Source: a virus (taxonomy: Duplodnaviria; Caudoviricetes). Taken from it: a DNA stretch of 64,000 nucleotides. The stretch lies in IMG/VR virus record IMGVR_UViG_3300025011_000016. The stretch is one strand, 5' to 3'. Both the position numbers and the translations under genes were made by a program. The stretch's first letter is position 1. Each line of letters opens with the position of its first letter. Below are positions 10,677 through 20,023 of this stretch, piece after piece. The notes under the pieces are model-generated. The model saw only the letters and a list, made by a program, of their open reading frames with translations. It was not told the origin of the DNA and did no database searches.

Positions 10677-10713
10677 AGGAGGAATTCTATATGTATATAA
10701 AGATGAATAAATT

Positions 10714-11742
10714 ATGAATAATCTTGAGATGAAAAACCACTTAAGAAATAAATTATTACAAATTCAATCTGCCAAACAAAATGGCCCTAAACAAATCTTA
10801 TTAAGATGTCCAGTTTGTTTAGATTCACAAAAAGATCTTTCACATGGGCATTTTTCTGTTAAGATAGATATGTTCAATGATGAACCTGTAATATTTCATT
10901 GTTTTCGATGTGATATTAGTGGTATTCTCACACCAACTATGTTGCGTTCATTTAAGATTAATGATTTACAATTAAACAGTGGATTATTATCTTATAATAA
11001 AGCATCTTTAGGTACTAATAACAAATCTTTTACTTTATATAATAACAATCTAAATTTAAGAGTTCCAACACCTAGTGATAATGAAAGAACTTCATTAAAA
11101 CAAAAATATATTGAAGGAAGACTGGGTGTAAAATTTACCATAGAAGAATTGGTTAATCTAAAGGTTGTGTTTAATTTAGGAGAATTCTTAAAATTTAATG
11201 GTATTGATACTTTAACTACAAATAAATATAAAGCTAGATTATTACATAATGACTATGTGGGGTTTTTAACTGCGAGAAACGAGTTTATAAATTTCAGAGA
11301 TATTACTGGAAGAAATGAGAGATATGATAAATATAACGTATATAATAATCTGGATAACACTCGAAAGTTTTATACTATACCAAACTCAATAGATCTTTTG
11401 ACGCGTGATAAAATTACTATTAATATAGCTGAAGGTGTTTTTGATATCTTAGGTATATATCATCATTTATACGAAAAGGAACATAAGAATATTATCTATA
11501 CTAGTGTAAATGGTTGTGGTTTTGTATCTGTAATAAAATATTTTATTCAAATGGGAATCTTTGGTAATGTGGATGTAAATATTTATTCTGATAAAGATAA
11601 ATCACCTATATTTTATAAGAAGTTATATTATGAATTAAAAGACTGGATACATACAATTAATCTATTCTATAATGAAATAGGTAAGGATTATGGTGTTACT
11701 AAAGATAAAATAAAGATTATCAAACGAAAAATAGAAAGGTGA
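10714..11742 (+). CDS. DNA primase-like protein (Zn finger + Toprim)
   Basis: CPVC..HCFRC Zn-binding domain; Toprim IAEGVFD and YSDKD. Confidence 0.75.
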   Translation: MNNLEMKNHLRNKLLQIQSAKQNGPKQILLRCPVCLDSQKDLSHGHFSVKIDMFNDEPVIFHCFRCDISGILTPTMLRSFKINDLQLNSGLLSYNKASLGTNNKSFTLYNNNLNLRVPTPSDNERTSLKQKYIEGRLGVKFTIEELVNLKVVFNLGEFLKFNGIDTLTTNKYKARLLHNDYVGFLTARNEFINFRDITGRNERYDKYNVYNNLDNTRKFYTIPNSIDLLTRDKITINIAEGVFDILGIYHHLYEKEHKNIIYTSVNGCGFVSVIKYFIQMGIFGNVDVNIYSDKDKSPIFYKKLYYELKDWIHTINLFYNEIGKDYGVTKDKIKIIKRKIER

Positions 11743-12059
11743 ATTATTATATGAATAAACGTATAACTGAGTTAACACGATATTTTATAAAAGGCTCATT
11801 GGTTGGAGAAATTGTCCCATCTAAAATAGATTCGTTTCTAAATGAATTGAATACCTTAATTATAAAATACTGCGGTGAAAAGTATTATCTTAGTAGTGAA
11901 GTGGAGGCTGTTGACTCTGAGACATATAAGAGTAAAACTGAGGAAATAAATGAAAAAGAAAGTGAAGGATTAGTCACATGTCCATATACCTCAGAATGGT
12001 GTGATAAGCTAAAGGATAAAGAACTTAAGTCAACTTTCATACCTCCTAAAACGACATAA
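11739..12059 (+). CDS. Hypothetical protein
   Basis: Start overlaps the primase stop (GTGA); 106 aa. Confidence 0.55.
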   Translation: MNYYMNKRITELTRYFIKGSLVGEIVPSKIDSFLNELNTLIIKYCGEKYYLSSEVEAVDSETYKSKTEEINEKESEGLVTCPYTSEWCDKLKDKELKSTFIPPKTT

Positions 12060-12191
12060 AAAATGAAGATGGATAAACGATCATTTAAGATTGTTTATCC
12101 ATCTTCTTATATAAAAAAGAGGAGGACTGTGGGAAAAGGTAGTGAGCAATCTACCCTTTCTTAATTATCTGTTTAGTAAATTATTTACCAA

Positions 12192-12246
12192 TATATAACA
12201 AAAGACATATAATTATTTTTTTTAATTATATGTCTTTTGTTATATA
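12192..12246. repeat. Perfect 24-bp-arm inverted repeat abutting the tnpB element
   Basis: TATATAACAAAAGACATATAATTA-T-run-TAATTATATGTCTTTTGTTATATA. Confidence 0.75.
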
Positions 12247-13649
12247 GTCTGTGCTTTAAGGAAACTTAGAGAAATAACTTAATCAGTAGTCTTAATAATT
12301 CATTCCTAATAAGATATTATTATACTTATAACAAATAATATAAGAAAGGGGGTGAAGATAAATGATTAAGACTTTTAAAACGAGAATACGACCAACTAAA
12401 GAACAAGAGATATATTTAAACAAATGCTTTGGATATAGAAGATTCATATACAATAATGCTTTAGAATATTTTAATACCCTTTTAGAGCATAATGGTAATA
12501 TTATTGATAAAACATTAAAGAAGTTCTTTGATAAGTTTGATTATATTACTCATATATACTCTAAGAAAGAAAAGGAACCGGGATTTGAATGGACTCAAGA
12601 GTATAATAAGTCAATAAAGAATGAAGTGGCTAGTGATTTTAATATAGCTATTAATAAGTTCTTTAAAGATATTAAAGACAAGAAACGATGTAAATTACAT
12701 TTTAAAAGAAAGATTCATGGAAATGGTTCTTTTAGAATATACAAGACGAATAAAGGTAATGTTAAAATTATTGATAAGAAGTTATTCTCTTTTATTATTA
12801 ATAGAGAATACGGTCACATGCCATTGAAAACTTTTGAAGATATAAGCTTTTTATATCACTATGATATAAAAACAATGACTATTAGTATGAAGAATTTTAA
12901 ATATTATGTATCATTCACTTATGAAATAGATATCCCAAAGCATAAACATAAGAAAAATATGGTAGGTATAGATTTAGGAATACATAATCCAGTAGTTTGT
13001 TTTGATGGAAACGATATCATAAATCCTAAATTTCCGAAGGGAATTATTAAGAAACTAGAGAAGAAAGTTGATAAACTCTCAGTAATAGTTTCTAAAAAGA
13101 AGTATGATAAACGTAACCCATCAAAGAACTATATAAAAGCGAGAACCAAACTTAATGATATTCACGTCAAAATAGTGAATATCAGAATGGATTATATTCA
13201 GAAGGTATCTACATTCTTAGCTAAGACTTATAGAAACGTAATAGTTGATGAGTTTAGTTTTAAAGAGTTATTAACAGAGTCCGATGGTAATACGCGTATA
13301 AATAGAGGTATACACAGAGTTGGTGACTTTATGTTTACACAGGTGTTAAAATATAAATGTCACTTTTATGGTAGTGAATATATTTTAGCATTACCTAATA
13401 GTACCATTACATGCTCTGAATGTAATCATAAACTTAAAACTAAGTTAAAGTTATCTCAAAGAATCTTTAATTGTCCAATATGCGGACATATAGATGGTAG
13501 GGATAACAATGCTTCTATTAATATTTATAAGTCATTTAAAGGATCTTTATTAACTAACGTAAATAGAGATTTCGCCGTTGGTCGGACGGTTTAAAGAACC
13601 TTAACGGTTAAGTTATTGTGGTATCTAACAAGTACTACTAACACGACAG
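12243..13649 (+). mobile_element. Truncated IStron-type element (tnpB + omegaRNA, intron core missing)
   Basis: Similar to the 47917-49574 element from TATAGTCTGTGCTTTAAGG (end of intron S element) to CTAACACGACAG. Confidence 0.85.
12362..13594 (+). CDS. tnpB: TnpB (IS200/IS605-family RNA-guided nuclease)
   Basis: N-terminal KTRIRPTKEQ HTH, GIDLG (RuvC-I), CSEC/CPIC Zn finger, RDNNASINI (RuvC-III). Confidence 0.9.
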   Translation: MIKTFKTRIRPTKEQEIYLNKCFGYRRFIYNNALEYFNTLLEHNGNIIDKTLKKFFDKFDYITHIYSKKEKEPGFEWTQEYNKSIKNEVASDFNIAINKFFKDIKDKKRCKLHFKRKIHGNGSFRIYKTNKGNVKIIDKKLFSFIINREYGHMPLKTFEDISFLYHYDIKTMTISMKNFKYYVSFTYEIDIPKHKHKKNMVGIDLGIHNPVVCFDGNDIINPKFPKGIIKKLEKKVDKLSVIVSKKKYDKRNPSKNYIKARTKLNDIHVKIVNIRMDYIQKVSTFLAKTYRNVIVDEFSFKELLTESDGNTRINRGIHRVGDFMFTQVLKYKCHFYGSEYILALPNSTITCSECNHKLKTKLKLSQRIFNCPICGHIDGRDNNASINIYKSFKGSLLTNVNRDFAVGRTV

Positions 13650-13769
13650 GATGGAGATATTGTATTTATTTAATATACCAGTTAATGTATTTACTTGCAA
13701 ATCTGTATTCAATTCAGGAAAATTCTCTAAAATCTCAAGTTTGAGTAAATCAAGATAAAGGGACGGCAT
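13638..13769 (-). CDS. Small protein whose stop codon is supplied by the tnpB element end
   Basis: AGGAAGGAG RBS, MPSLYLDL...; the TAG lies inside the element's CTAACACGAC. Confidence 0.45.
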   Translation of the reverse strand: MPSLYLDLLKLEILENFPELNTDLQVNTLTGILNKYNISILSC

Positions 13770-13822
13770 AGTATGGCACAACTCCTTCCTATTTCTAGTA
13801 AGAGTATACCATACTAATGCCG

Positions 13823-13930
13823 TCAAATGCAACCCATATTGCTTGGATCAATAGATAAATATTTATTTTTATCGTATATATTATTAAAAATCTCTTCTTT
13901 ATAAATGTTTAAAATTAATTCATTCATCAT
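13823..13930 (-). CDS. Small hypothetical protein (35 aa)
   Basis: GAAAGGAAG RBS, MMNELILNIY... Confidence 0.4.
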   Translation of the reverse strand: MMNELILNIYKEEIFNNIYDKNKYLSIDPSNMGCI

Positions 13931-14078
13931 ATCATTACTTCCTTTCGTTATCAAATAATTAATAATTTGTTATCACGAAAGTAACTAATAATTCACGATT
14001 TGACAATTTATTAATTATGTCGTATAATGCGTCAACTACGACATTAAATCTACCAAAGATGGATCTGAATTTACAGAG

Positions 14079-14261
14079 TTAGTCACCAATTCCTGCAGGT
14101 ATTCCGCAACCAAACCATATTATTTTGGGACAATGCTCACATGATAAACAAATTCCTCGTCGTGAATATTCACCCTGTTTCGGACATTTCACATCTTTTT
14201 TGGCATAACAATATTCTTGCATTTTTTTATTGCTCAAAATATTTTTCACCCACCTTCCCAT
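14079..14261 (-). CDS. Small Cys-rich protein
   Basis: Six Cys including CLSCEHC. Confidence 0.45.
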   Translation of the reverse strand: MGRWVKNILSNKKMQEYCYAKKDVKCPKQGEYSRRGICLSCEHCPKIIWFGCGIPAGIGD

Positions 14262-14282
14262 AATAAAAGAGCCTTTCGGCTC

Positions 14283-14516
14283 TTATAATCTGCACACACT
14301 TAATACATTTTCTAATCCTAATATCTCAATTGCTTTAGTTAAGACAATTTCAGATTTATCATTATCGTGATAAGTGCATCTACCATTTTTATATGCACCA
14401 CAACAACTGCAATTTGAACCACTTAAAAAACATGAGCTTAAACGAAATGTAAACGGGTTTTCCTTTTTACTATCTAGTTTTTTTAAATACTCTGTTAGGG
14501 ATTCGATAGAACTCAT
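14283..14516 (-). CDS. Small Cys-rich protein
   Basis: GGGAGG RBS before MSSIES; C-x4-C-x-CC-x6-C cluster. Confidence 0.55.
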   Translation of the reverse strand: MSSIESLTEYLKKLDSKKENPFTFRLSSCFLSGSNCSCCGAYKNGRCTYHDNDKSEIVLTKAIEILGLENVLSVCRL

Positions 14517-14596
14517 ATTATTACCTCCCAATATTAGAATAAACTCTAGATAATTTTGTTTTATCTAGAGTTTAAATTGATCATCTTTGTCTGTGA

Positions 14597-16759
14597 CTAC
14601 AATATAGATTGGGTTTTCATCCATGCTGAAATCAAGCCTGCAAAGTGCTGTTTACAGGAATCGGACATTGGATGTATATCGTCGTACATCCATATTTGCC
14701 GAAGTGATAAGTCATGCACCCACACACCATCAACTTGACGAGGGTTTTCGTTTAGATTTTCAAGATTTGAACCCACATGATTCGACCCGTTATAACCTGT
14801 ATCGTGCCATACATGAGACACATCCCAATATCCAGTGGTTGTAATTTGTGTCCTTGCCCTTACGTCACTTTCTTCCCATAGCTTATAAAGTGGAAATCCA
14901 AAGTAATTAGATGCCGTTTCCTCTGCTTCCCAAACATGTCCTAACTGATATCTACTGTCGTCATTGTCGTAATGCCCAACCATTAGTATTTTTATTCGTG
15001 GTTTACGTAAACGTATTTGTTGTACCAGATAAATAAACGCACCCACAGCATAATGCCTATCATTTGAAGTTGCTGGGACGCTAGTATAGGTTAAAGCAGA
15101 AGCGTCTCCTGTGGCATCATTCCTAAAATGCTCGAAAACAATTGCATCCGAAGTAGCAATGTATGACTCAATACGTCCAAGCATAGCACCTGTGATTTTC
15201 CCAGTTATGCTTAAATCACCTTCGATATCCATGGAATCATCCCAACAGTAAGAATATGCCAACCATCGCATACTATTATATGTTGCACCATTATTCGCAT
15301 AAACGTCAATTGGTTTTAAAGCCGGAATCCCTATAACAGGTGTTACAGGGTCTACACTAACATATGTATCTGCAAGCATATCCCCATAGCCAATAACACT
15401 TGTTACTTCTCCTTCAGTATAACCCTTTGCTATAAGATAGGCTTTACGATCCGTTGTTTTCCAGCAATCAAACAACCGCCTACGTTCTTCCTGTGTCATT
15501 GATAATGTACGCAGTACATTTGCCATCCATAGACCAGTTATTCCAAGGTCATCACCCAACTCAGAGGTATCATAAACAGAACCACCTATACGCATCATTG
15601 ACGAACCGACAGCTTTATTAGTCACGGTTGCTCCAATTGCCGTACCGACTAGGATAGGGTGCCCTTGTTCAGGAATTGATGTTCCTAACCACAAAATATT
15701 TTTACCGATGTATTGTCCATTCCCTTGTAGTGATAGTTCTTGCGAAAGTGCTTGCACTTCTCCATATGCTGCAAGTTTTCTTTTCTCAGAATAATAATTT
15801 ACAGTAAGACTTGACGTTAAATTTGTAACATTACTACCGTCAATCGCCTTAATAATAACTGCGACATATAGGTAATCACTATCAAAAGCGTATTCCGTAC
15901 ACCAATCTTGTATAAATTCAAAAGGCTGTCCATACCCATCGTTATTAGCATTCACGACAAGCTGAAAACCAGTTGCCGCCTCAAATCCGCTTAGATTATA
16001 CGTGGGAAGCACAATAAATGCCCTCGTATTGATAATAAACTTATTACCAGTAGCATCAATATTACCAGTTATCAGATTAGCATAAGCACTTATGACATCC
16101 CCACCATACCTAACAGTAGTTTCAACCCTTGACAATATAACTGTGTTATGACTTATAACACTTAAAATGCTATCTAAATCAATCCCAGTTATATCCGCAT
16201 CACTATTATCTTTTACTATAATGTATAAATATTTATGGCTTAACGGGTTTATATACACAGCGTTCGACGCAATCCATCCACCTATTGTTGTAATAGCAGT
16301 TCCCTTTATATCACACCCTTTTATAAGAAACTGATAACCTAGCTTGCAGGACAGGTTAGCGACGAATTCGGACTCAAGTATCACCCTAGCCCTTATGTTT
16401 GACACAACTTCTGAACCATCAGCATCGTTAAACGTGCCAATTGTTAAATCAGCATAAGATTCGGTTGCTGTGCCAGACAACTTATCGCCAACTAAATTAT
16501 CTATTTTGCCAATCTGCCCTCTTATTGAGGTTCCTATATTTGCATAGGTTGCTCCGTCTGCACCAACTCTACCGTCAATTAACTCAGCATCTCCAGTAGT
16601 GCTTCCTGCCGAAAGTGTTGCAAGATTTGTTATTCTTGCGCTTTCTAAATCCAAGTCTACTTGACGTGCTTTTGTTGCTAACTCCTGCACATTCTCTGCC
16701 TTATACGTCATAAGATCTTTCTTAATACCAGCACTTGGATCATACCTAGATTGCGACAT
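14597..16759 (-). CDS. Tail-fibre/receptor-binding-like protein with SGNH esterase domain
   Basis: N-terminal ELIDGRVGADGATY virion-anchor motif; SGNH blocks LWLGTSI, HFRND, DDIHP; GGGAGG RBS before MSQSRY. Confidence 0.65.
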   Translation of the reverse strand: MSQSRYDPSAGIKKDLMTYKAENVQELATKARQVDLDLESARITNLATLSAGSTTGDAELIDGRVGADGATYANIGTSIRGQIGKIDNLVGDKLSGTATESYADLTIGTFNDADGSEVVSNIRARVILESEFVANLSCKLGYQFLIKGCDIKGTAITTIGGWIASNAVYINPLSHKYLYIIVKDNSDADITGIDLDSILSVISHNTVILSRVETTVRYGGDVISAYANLITGNIDATGNKFIINTRAFIVLPTYNLSGFEAATGFQLVVNANNDGYGQPFEFIQDWCTEYAFDSDYLYVAVIIKAIDGSNVTNLTSSLTVNYYSEKRKLAAYGEVQALSQELSLQGNGQYIGKNILWLGTSIPEQGHPILVGTAIGATVTNKAVGSSMMRIGGSVYDTSELGDDLGITGLWMANVLRTLSMTQEERRRLFDCWKTTDRKAYLIAKGYTEGEVTSVIGYGDMLADTYVSVDPVTPVIGIPALKPIDVYANNGATYNSMRWLAYSYCWDDSMDIEGDLSITGKITGAMLGRIESYIATSDAIVFEHFRNDATGDASALTYTSVPATSNDRHYAVGAFIYLVQQIRLRKPRIKILMVGHYDNDDSRYQLGHVWEAEETASNYFGFPLYKLWEESDVRARTQITTTGYWDVSHVWHDTGYNGSNHVGSNLENLNENPRQVDGVWVHDLSLRQIWMYDDIHPMSDSCKQHFAGLISAWMKTQSIL

Positions 16760-17186
16760 AACTGACTCCCTCCCCACTTATAGATGAATCAATATAGATT
16801 TGATTAGCATTGGCTACAGCAAATGTGAATGCTTCCTTGGCACCAAGCTTCACCCCATAAACAGCCAATGAAACATTTACTCCACCGGCGAAGACACTTC
16901 CTGTATTAGTATCCAAACCGATAACAGTTACCTCCCGACATGGTATATTAGGTAATTGAGTTCTGGTTCCAGCAGTAGTGACTAATTTTAATGCCCCAGT
17001 TAATGACGTACTACCACATAATGCTCTATATATACTAGATAACCATCCTCTGGCTCCAGTACCCCCAGTTGCTTGTGATACACCAGTAGCATCAGTTCCG
17101 TCTAATATAGCTGCCGCAGAATGCGTTCCATCAGGATTTTCTACAGCTTTAAATGGTACACCACCAATAAGAATTATTTTATCCAT
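16746..17186 (-). CDS. Small beta-rich virion accessory protein
   Basis: 146 aa, overlaps the SGNH gene, same GC-richer composition. Confidence 0.6.
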   Translation of the reverse strand: MDKIILIGGVPFKAVENPDGTHSAAAILDGTDATGVSQATGGTGARGWLSSIYRALCGSTSLTGALKLVTTAGTRTQLPNIPCREVTVIGLDTNTGSVFAGGVNVSLAVYGVKLGAKEAFTFAVANANQIYIDSSISGEGVSYVAI

Positions 17187-17296
17187 TTTAACTTCAACTC
17201 CTTTGTATTATGTTATTTTAATATTATGTTTAATTCATTACCACATGAAGATTAATTATACTATTTTATAAGTATTGGTTATATATCTTTACCTCT

Positions 17297-17308
17297 AACA
17301 ATTAACTA
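17297..17308 (+). promoter_or_regulatory. AACA-N6-TA late-promoter motif (also at +5824, +18543, +26786, +29797, +45078, +50923; -39638, -41907, -44682)
   Basis: Same motif shortly upstream of many operon starts; matches the AR9 late promoter consensus as recalled. Confidence 0.65.
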
Positions 17309-17337
17309 ATAATAACTAAAATAGGTGGTGTATATTT

Positions 17338-18528
17338 ATGGGACATTTAATTGATGAAAAAAGGTTTATAAACAATAACATCTTTAAATATGAAGAGAGG
17401 ATGAATTCTCAATACTCAAGATTTCTAGATAAAACCCCTACATTTATAACGTATTACAATATAAATAATATTACATCTATAACAGATACAGGTTTTTTAA
17501 ATGTGGAGCGTATTATTGATTATAATTCTCCTATACGATTTAAGCGAATTGATGATCTTCCAATTTATGGACTTGATACAATTCTGCTAGATTTAACAGA
17601 TGACGAAATAGGCCTAGATACTTCATATGATGGTGAAGTAGTTATATTACCTAATACCATACGGCCACTTCCTAATGATTGTTTTACGATAACATATCTA
17701 GATAGTAATTATTTATTTATGGTAACAACTGTTAATTATGATACCATTAAGAGTAATAACTATTATAAGATTTCATTTGTTATTAGATCGTTAACACCCG
17801 ATATTAAAAATCAATTATTATTACAGGTTGAAGAAGTATATAACTGTGTTCTAACTAATATAGGAACGCAGGAGAAATGTATAATTCGATCTGATATATA
17901 CGAGAAAATTATTCTTATGAATGAAATGTATAAAGAAATCTGTGAAAAATATAAAATATTGTTCTATAATATAAGATATAACAGTTTTATGTATATTGAT
18001 GAAATCAGCCATATAAAATACTATGATAAATATCTAACATTCTTTATTAATAAACATCAGTTATTTAATGAACGATATGAATATGATACATTGTTTTTAG
18101 TAAATGAGGATGACAATCATAAATTTCCTCTTGAATACGATAAGTCATTTTATCACATTTTAGAAAAAAATAAAAAGAGTATGATTCCAGAGCATATTAA
18201 TTATGCAACTGGTAGTGTAGCTAATACATCATCTATATTCAGGTACTATAATGACGTATATGTAAAGAGTATATATTTCTCAGATATTGGTTTGCCATAT
18301 ATTGATGATATACTTATTAATAGCATAATCAATAGTATACCATCAGATAAGGTTAGTTATAAAACAATTATTGATTATTTTAATAATAATGTGAATGTTA
18401 TCGATACATTTGATATGGGACCATTGGCTGAGAACGATTATATTGAGTACGATTTAAATTCATTCATTCTAATTCCTATGCTATTATTTATTCTCCGTGT
18501 GTACTATAATAAATTCATGGCGAATTAG
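17338..18528 (+). CDS. Putative virion structural (neck-like) protein
   Basis: 396 aa, preceded by the late motif; function inferred. Confidence 0.55.
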   Translation: MGHLIDEKRFINNNIFKYEERMNSQYSRFLDKTPTFITYYNINNITSITDTGFLNVERIIDYNSPIRFKRIDDLPIYGLDTILLDLTDDEIGLDTSYDGEVVILPNTIRPLPNDCFTITYLDSNYLFMVTTVNYDTIKSNNYYKISFVIRSLTPDIKNQLLLQVEEVYNCVLTNIGTQEKCIIRSDIYEKIILMNEMYKEICEKYKILFYNIRYNSFMYIDEISHIKYYDKYLTFFINKHQLFNERYEYDTLFLVNEDDNHKFPLEYDKSFYHILEKNKKSMIPEHINYATGSVANTSSIFRYYNDVYVKSIYFSDIGLPYIDDILINSIINSIPSDKVSYKTIIDYFNNNVNVIDTFDMGPLAENDYIEYDLNSFILIPMLLFILRVYYNKFMAN

Positions 18529-18584
18529 TTATTTTTTTCTAAAACATTTAAATAAATAAGTGAATTATGTGAGGTGATTATATT

Positions 18585-18830
18585 ATGTTAAATAATCTTA
18601 AAAAAAGTATCAGAGAGAATCAAAACAGAGAATTTGTCACTGAAGCTACAATTAAACATACTACTGATGATGATATACGAGATATATTCTTAAATGATGA
18701 TTTAATGGATGGTGCTGAAGATGATCCTGAAATTACTAAACTGATTGATAAAATCCCCGAGTATGGAGATGCTGAGGATATCGATCTGGCTACACTCGAA
18801 GAACAATATATACCTGAAGGAAAAATATAA
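18585..18830 (+). CDS. Small acidic protein with xxE processing-like sites
   Basis: Late motif upstream; FVTEA and TLEE motifs. Confidence 0.6.
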   Translation: MLNNLKKSIRENQNREFVTEATIKHTTDDDIRDIFLNDDLMDGAEDDPEITKLIDKIPEYGDAEDIDLATLEEQYIPEGKI

Positions 18831-18855
18831 TTACGGAAAGGGGTTTGAATATAAA

Positions 18856-19212
18856 ATGAAAGTTACTAATAAAATGGTTAAAGTCCTCTCTAATGATATT
18901 ATATATCCAAAGGGAGGAATTTCAGGTCCAATCCTGACTCCATATATGGAGGATGTTCGTACCATCTTCATCATGATTACCCGCAACATAAAAGTTGTTG
19001 AGGTTCTTTCTGATGGATCTGAAGTGGTCCTGAACACTAAAAACTTCGATGCCAAAATCACTCCAGACGTGATCGAAGAGATTGTTGAACCTATCGTGGA
19101 GACAAAAGTGGAAGTGGTTCCTGTAATCGAAGAGATTAAACCGGTTATCGCAATCGCACAACCCACCAACCAGCGCAAAAAACCTGAACCCGATGCCATA
19201 GAAAAAAAATAA
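18856..19212 (+). CDS. Hypothetical protein
   Basis: GAAAGGGG RBS before MKVTNK (more likely than the track start at 18745). Confidence 0.65.
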   Translation: MKVTNKMVKVLSNDIIYPKGGISGPILTPYMEDVRTIFIMITRNIKVVEVLSDGSEVVLNTKNFDAKITPDVIEEIVEPIVETKVEVVPVIEEIKPVIAIAQPTNQRKKPEPDAIEKK

Positions 19213-19216
19213 TACT

Positions 19217-19262
19217 AAAGAAACCCCATATGTGTAATCTCATACACATATGGGGTTTCTTT
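19217..19262. terminator. Bidirectional terminator hairpin
   Basis: AAAGAAACCCCATATGTGT-loop-ACACATATGGGGTTTCTTT. Confidence 0.7.
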
Positions 19263-19948
19263 TATGTTTAAGCCAATAATGGTCATTTAAATTGTTAATA
19301 GATATTCTCATCTTAATGAAAATATGTATTAAATACCTAAAACACTTTTAACCATTTTTATTTGAGTAATATTAAAGTTTACTCAAATCCTCCGATAGTA
19401 TCGCCTTCTAAAATAATATCTTCGCCTTCATCCATAGAGGGCTACATATATTATAAGTAGATACGCGGGCAAACACACCATCAGTTTTCTATATCAAACT
19501 AAGAAACTAACATATTTTGTACATGATATAGAGCGTCAACAACTATGTTATATTTCCTTCTACACGTTCAGTAATTATGTCTTAAATATCAAATATTTAT
19601 CTACGTCTAAACAACTTTATATTACAATCTCTAAACTATATACCCTTCCTACTCAGTAAATTGAATAAATGATATTTATACGATTAGTATAGAGGTTAGA
19701 AACTCCACATATTAATTATAATATATGCAGCTTTTCACCACCTTCCCTAGTAAGAATTGTATAATACTTTAATTAAGTATCGTTACAAACTTAAGAGGGG
19801 CCTCACCACCTTTCTATATATAATATAGTAGGTTAGTGATAAGGGTTAATAATAAGGCTTTGCTATATAATCACCTTCATTTCTGTTAACTATTATTGTG
19901 GTGACACATTATAACCATCCTTTCTTATTTTATAATACTTATATTAGT

Positions 19949-19958
19949 ATAATATATA
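19949..19958 (-). promoter_or_regulatory. TATATATTAT motif, candidate early promoter (also at +8505, +32771; -26746, -28259, -29263, -45046)
   Basis: Identical 10-mer recurring upstream of non-structural genes; resembles the phiKZ early TATATTAC consensus. Confidence 0.55.
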
Positions 19959-19980
19959 TTTTAATTATCTTAAAATACGA

Positions 19981-20023
19981 TAATGAGATAGAGCTATGTT
20001 TTACACATAGCTCTATCTCATTA
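19981..20023 (-). terminator. Terminator hairpin after the RNAP gene
   Basis: TAATGAGATAGAGCTATGT-TTTAC-ACATAGCTCTATCTCATTA. Confidence 0.65.

Noticed and set aside
4969-13670. In-window targets for the guides of the orphan omegaRNA and the second tnpB copy
   Set aside because: Only short partial matches noticed (e.g. ATGGAGAT near 1083, 18763, 53757; ACGATAGAAT near 22804), none extending; a proper search is needed
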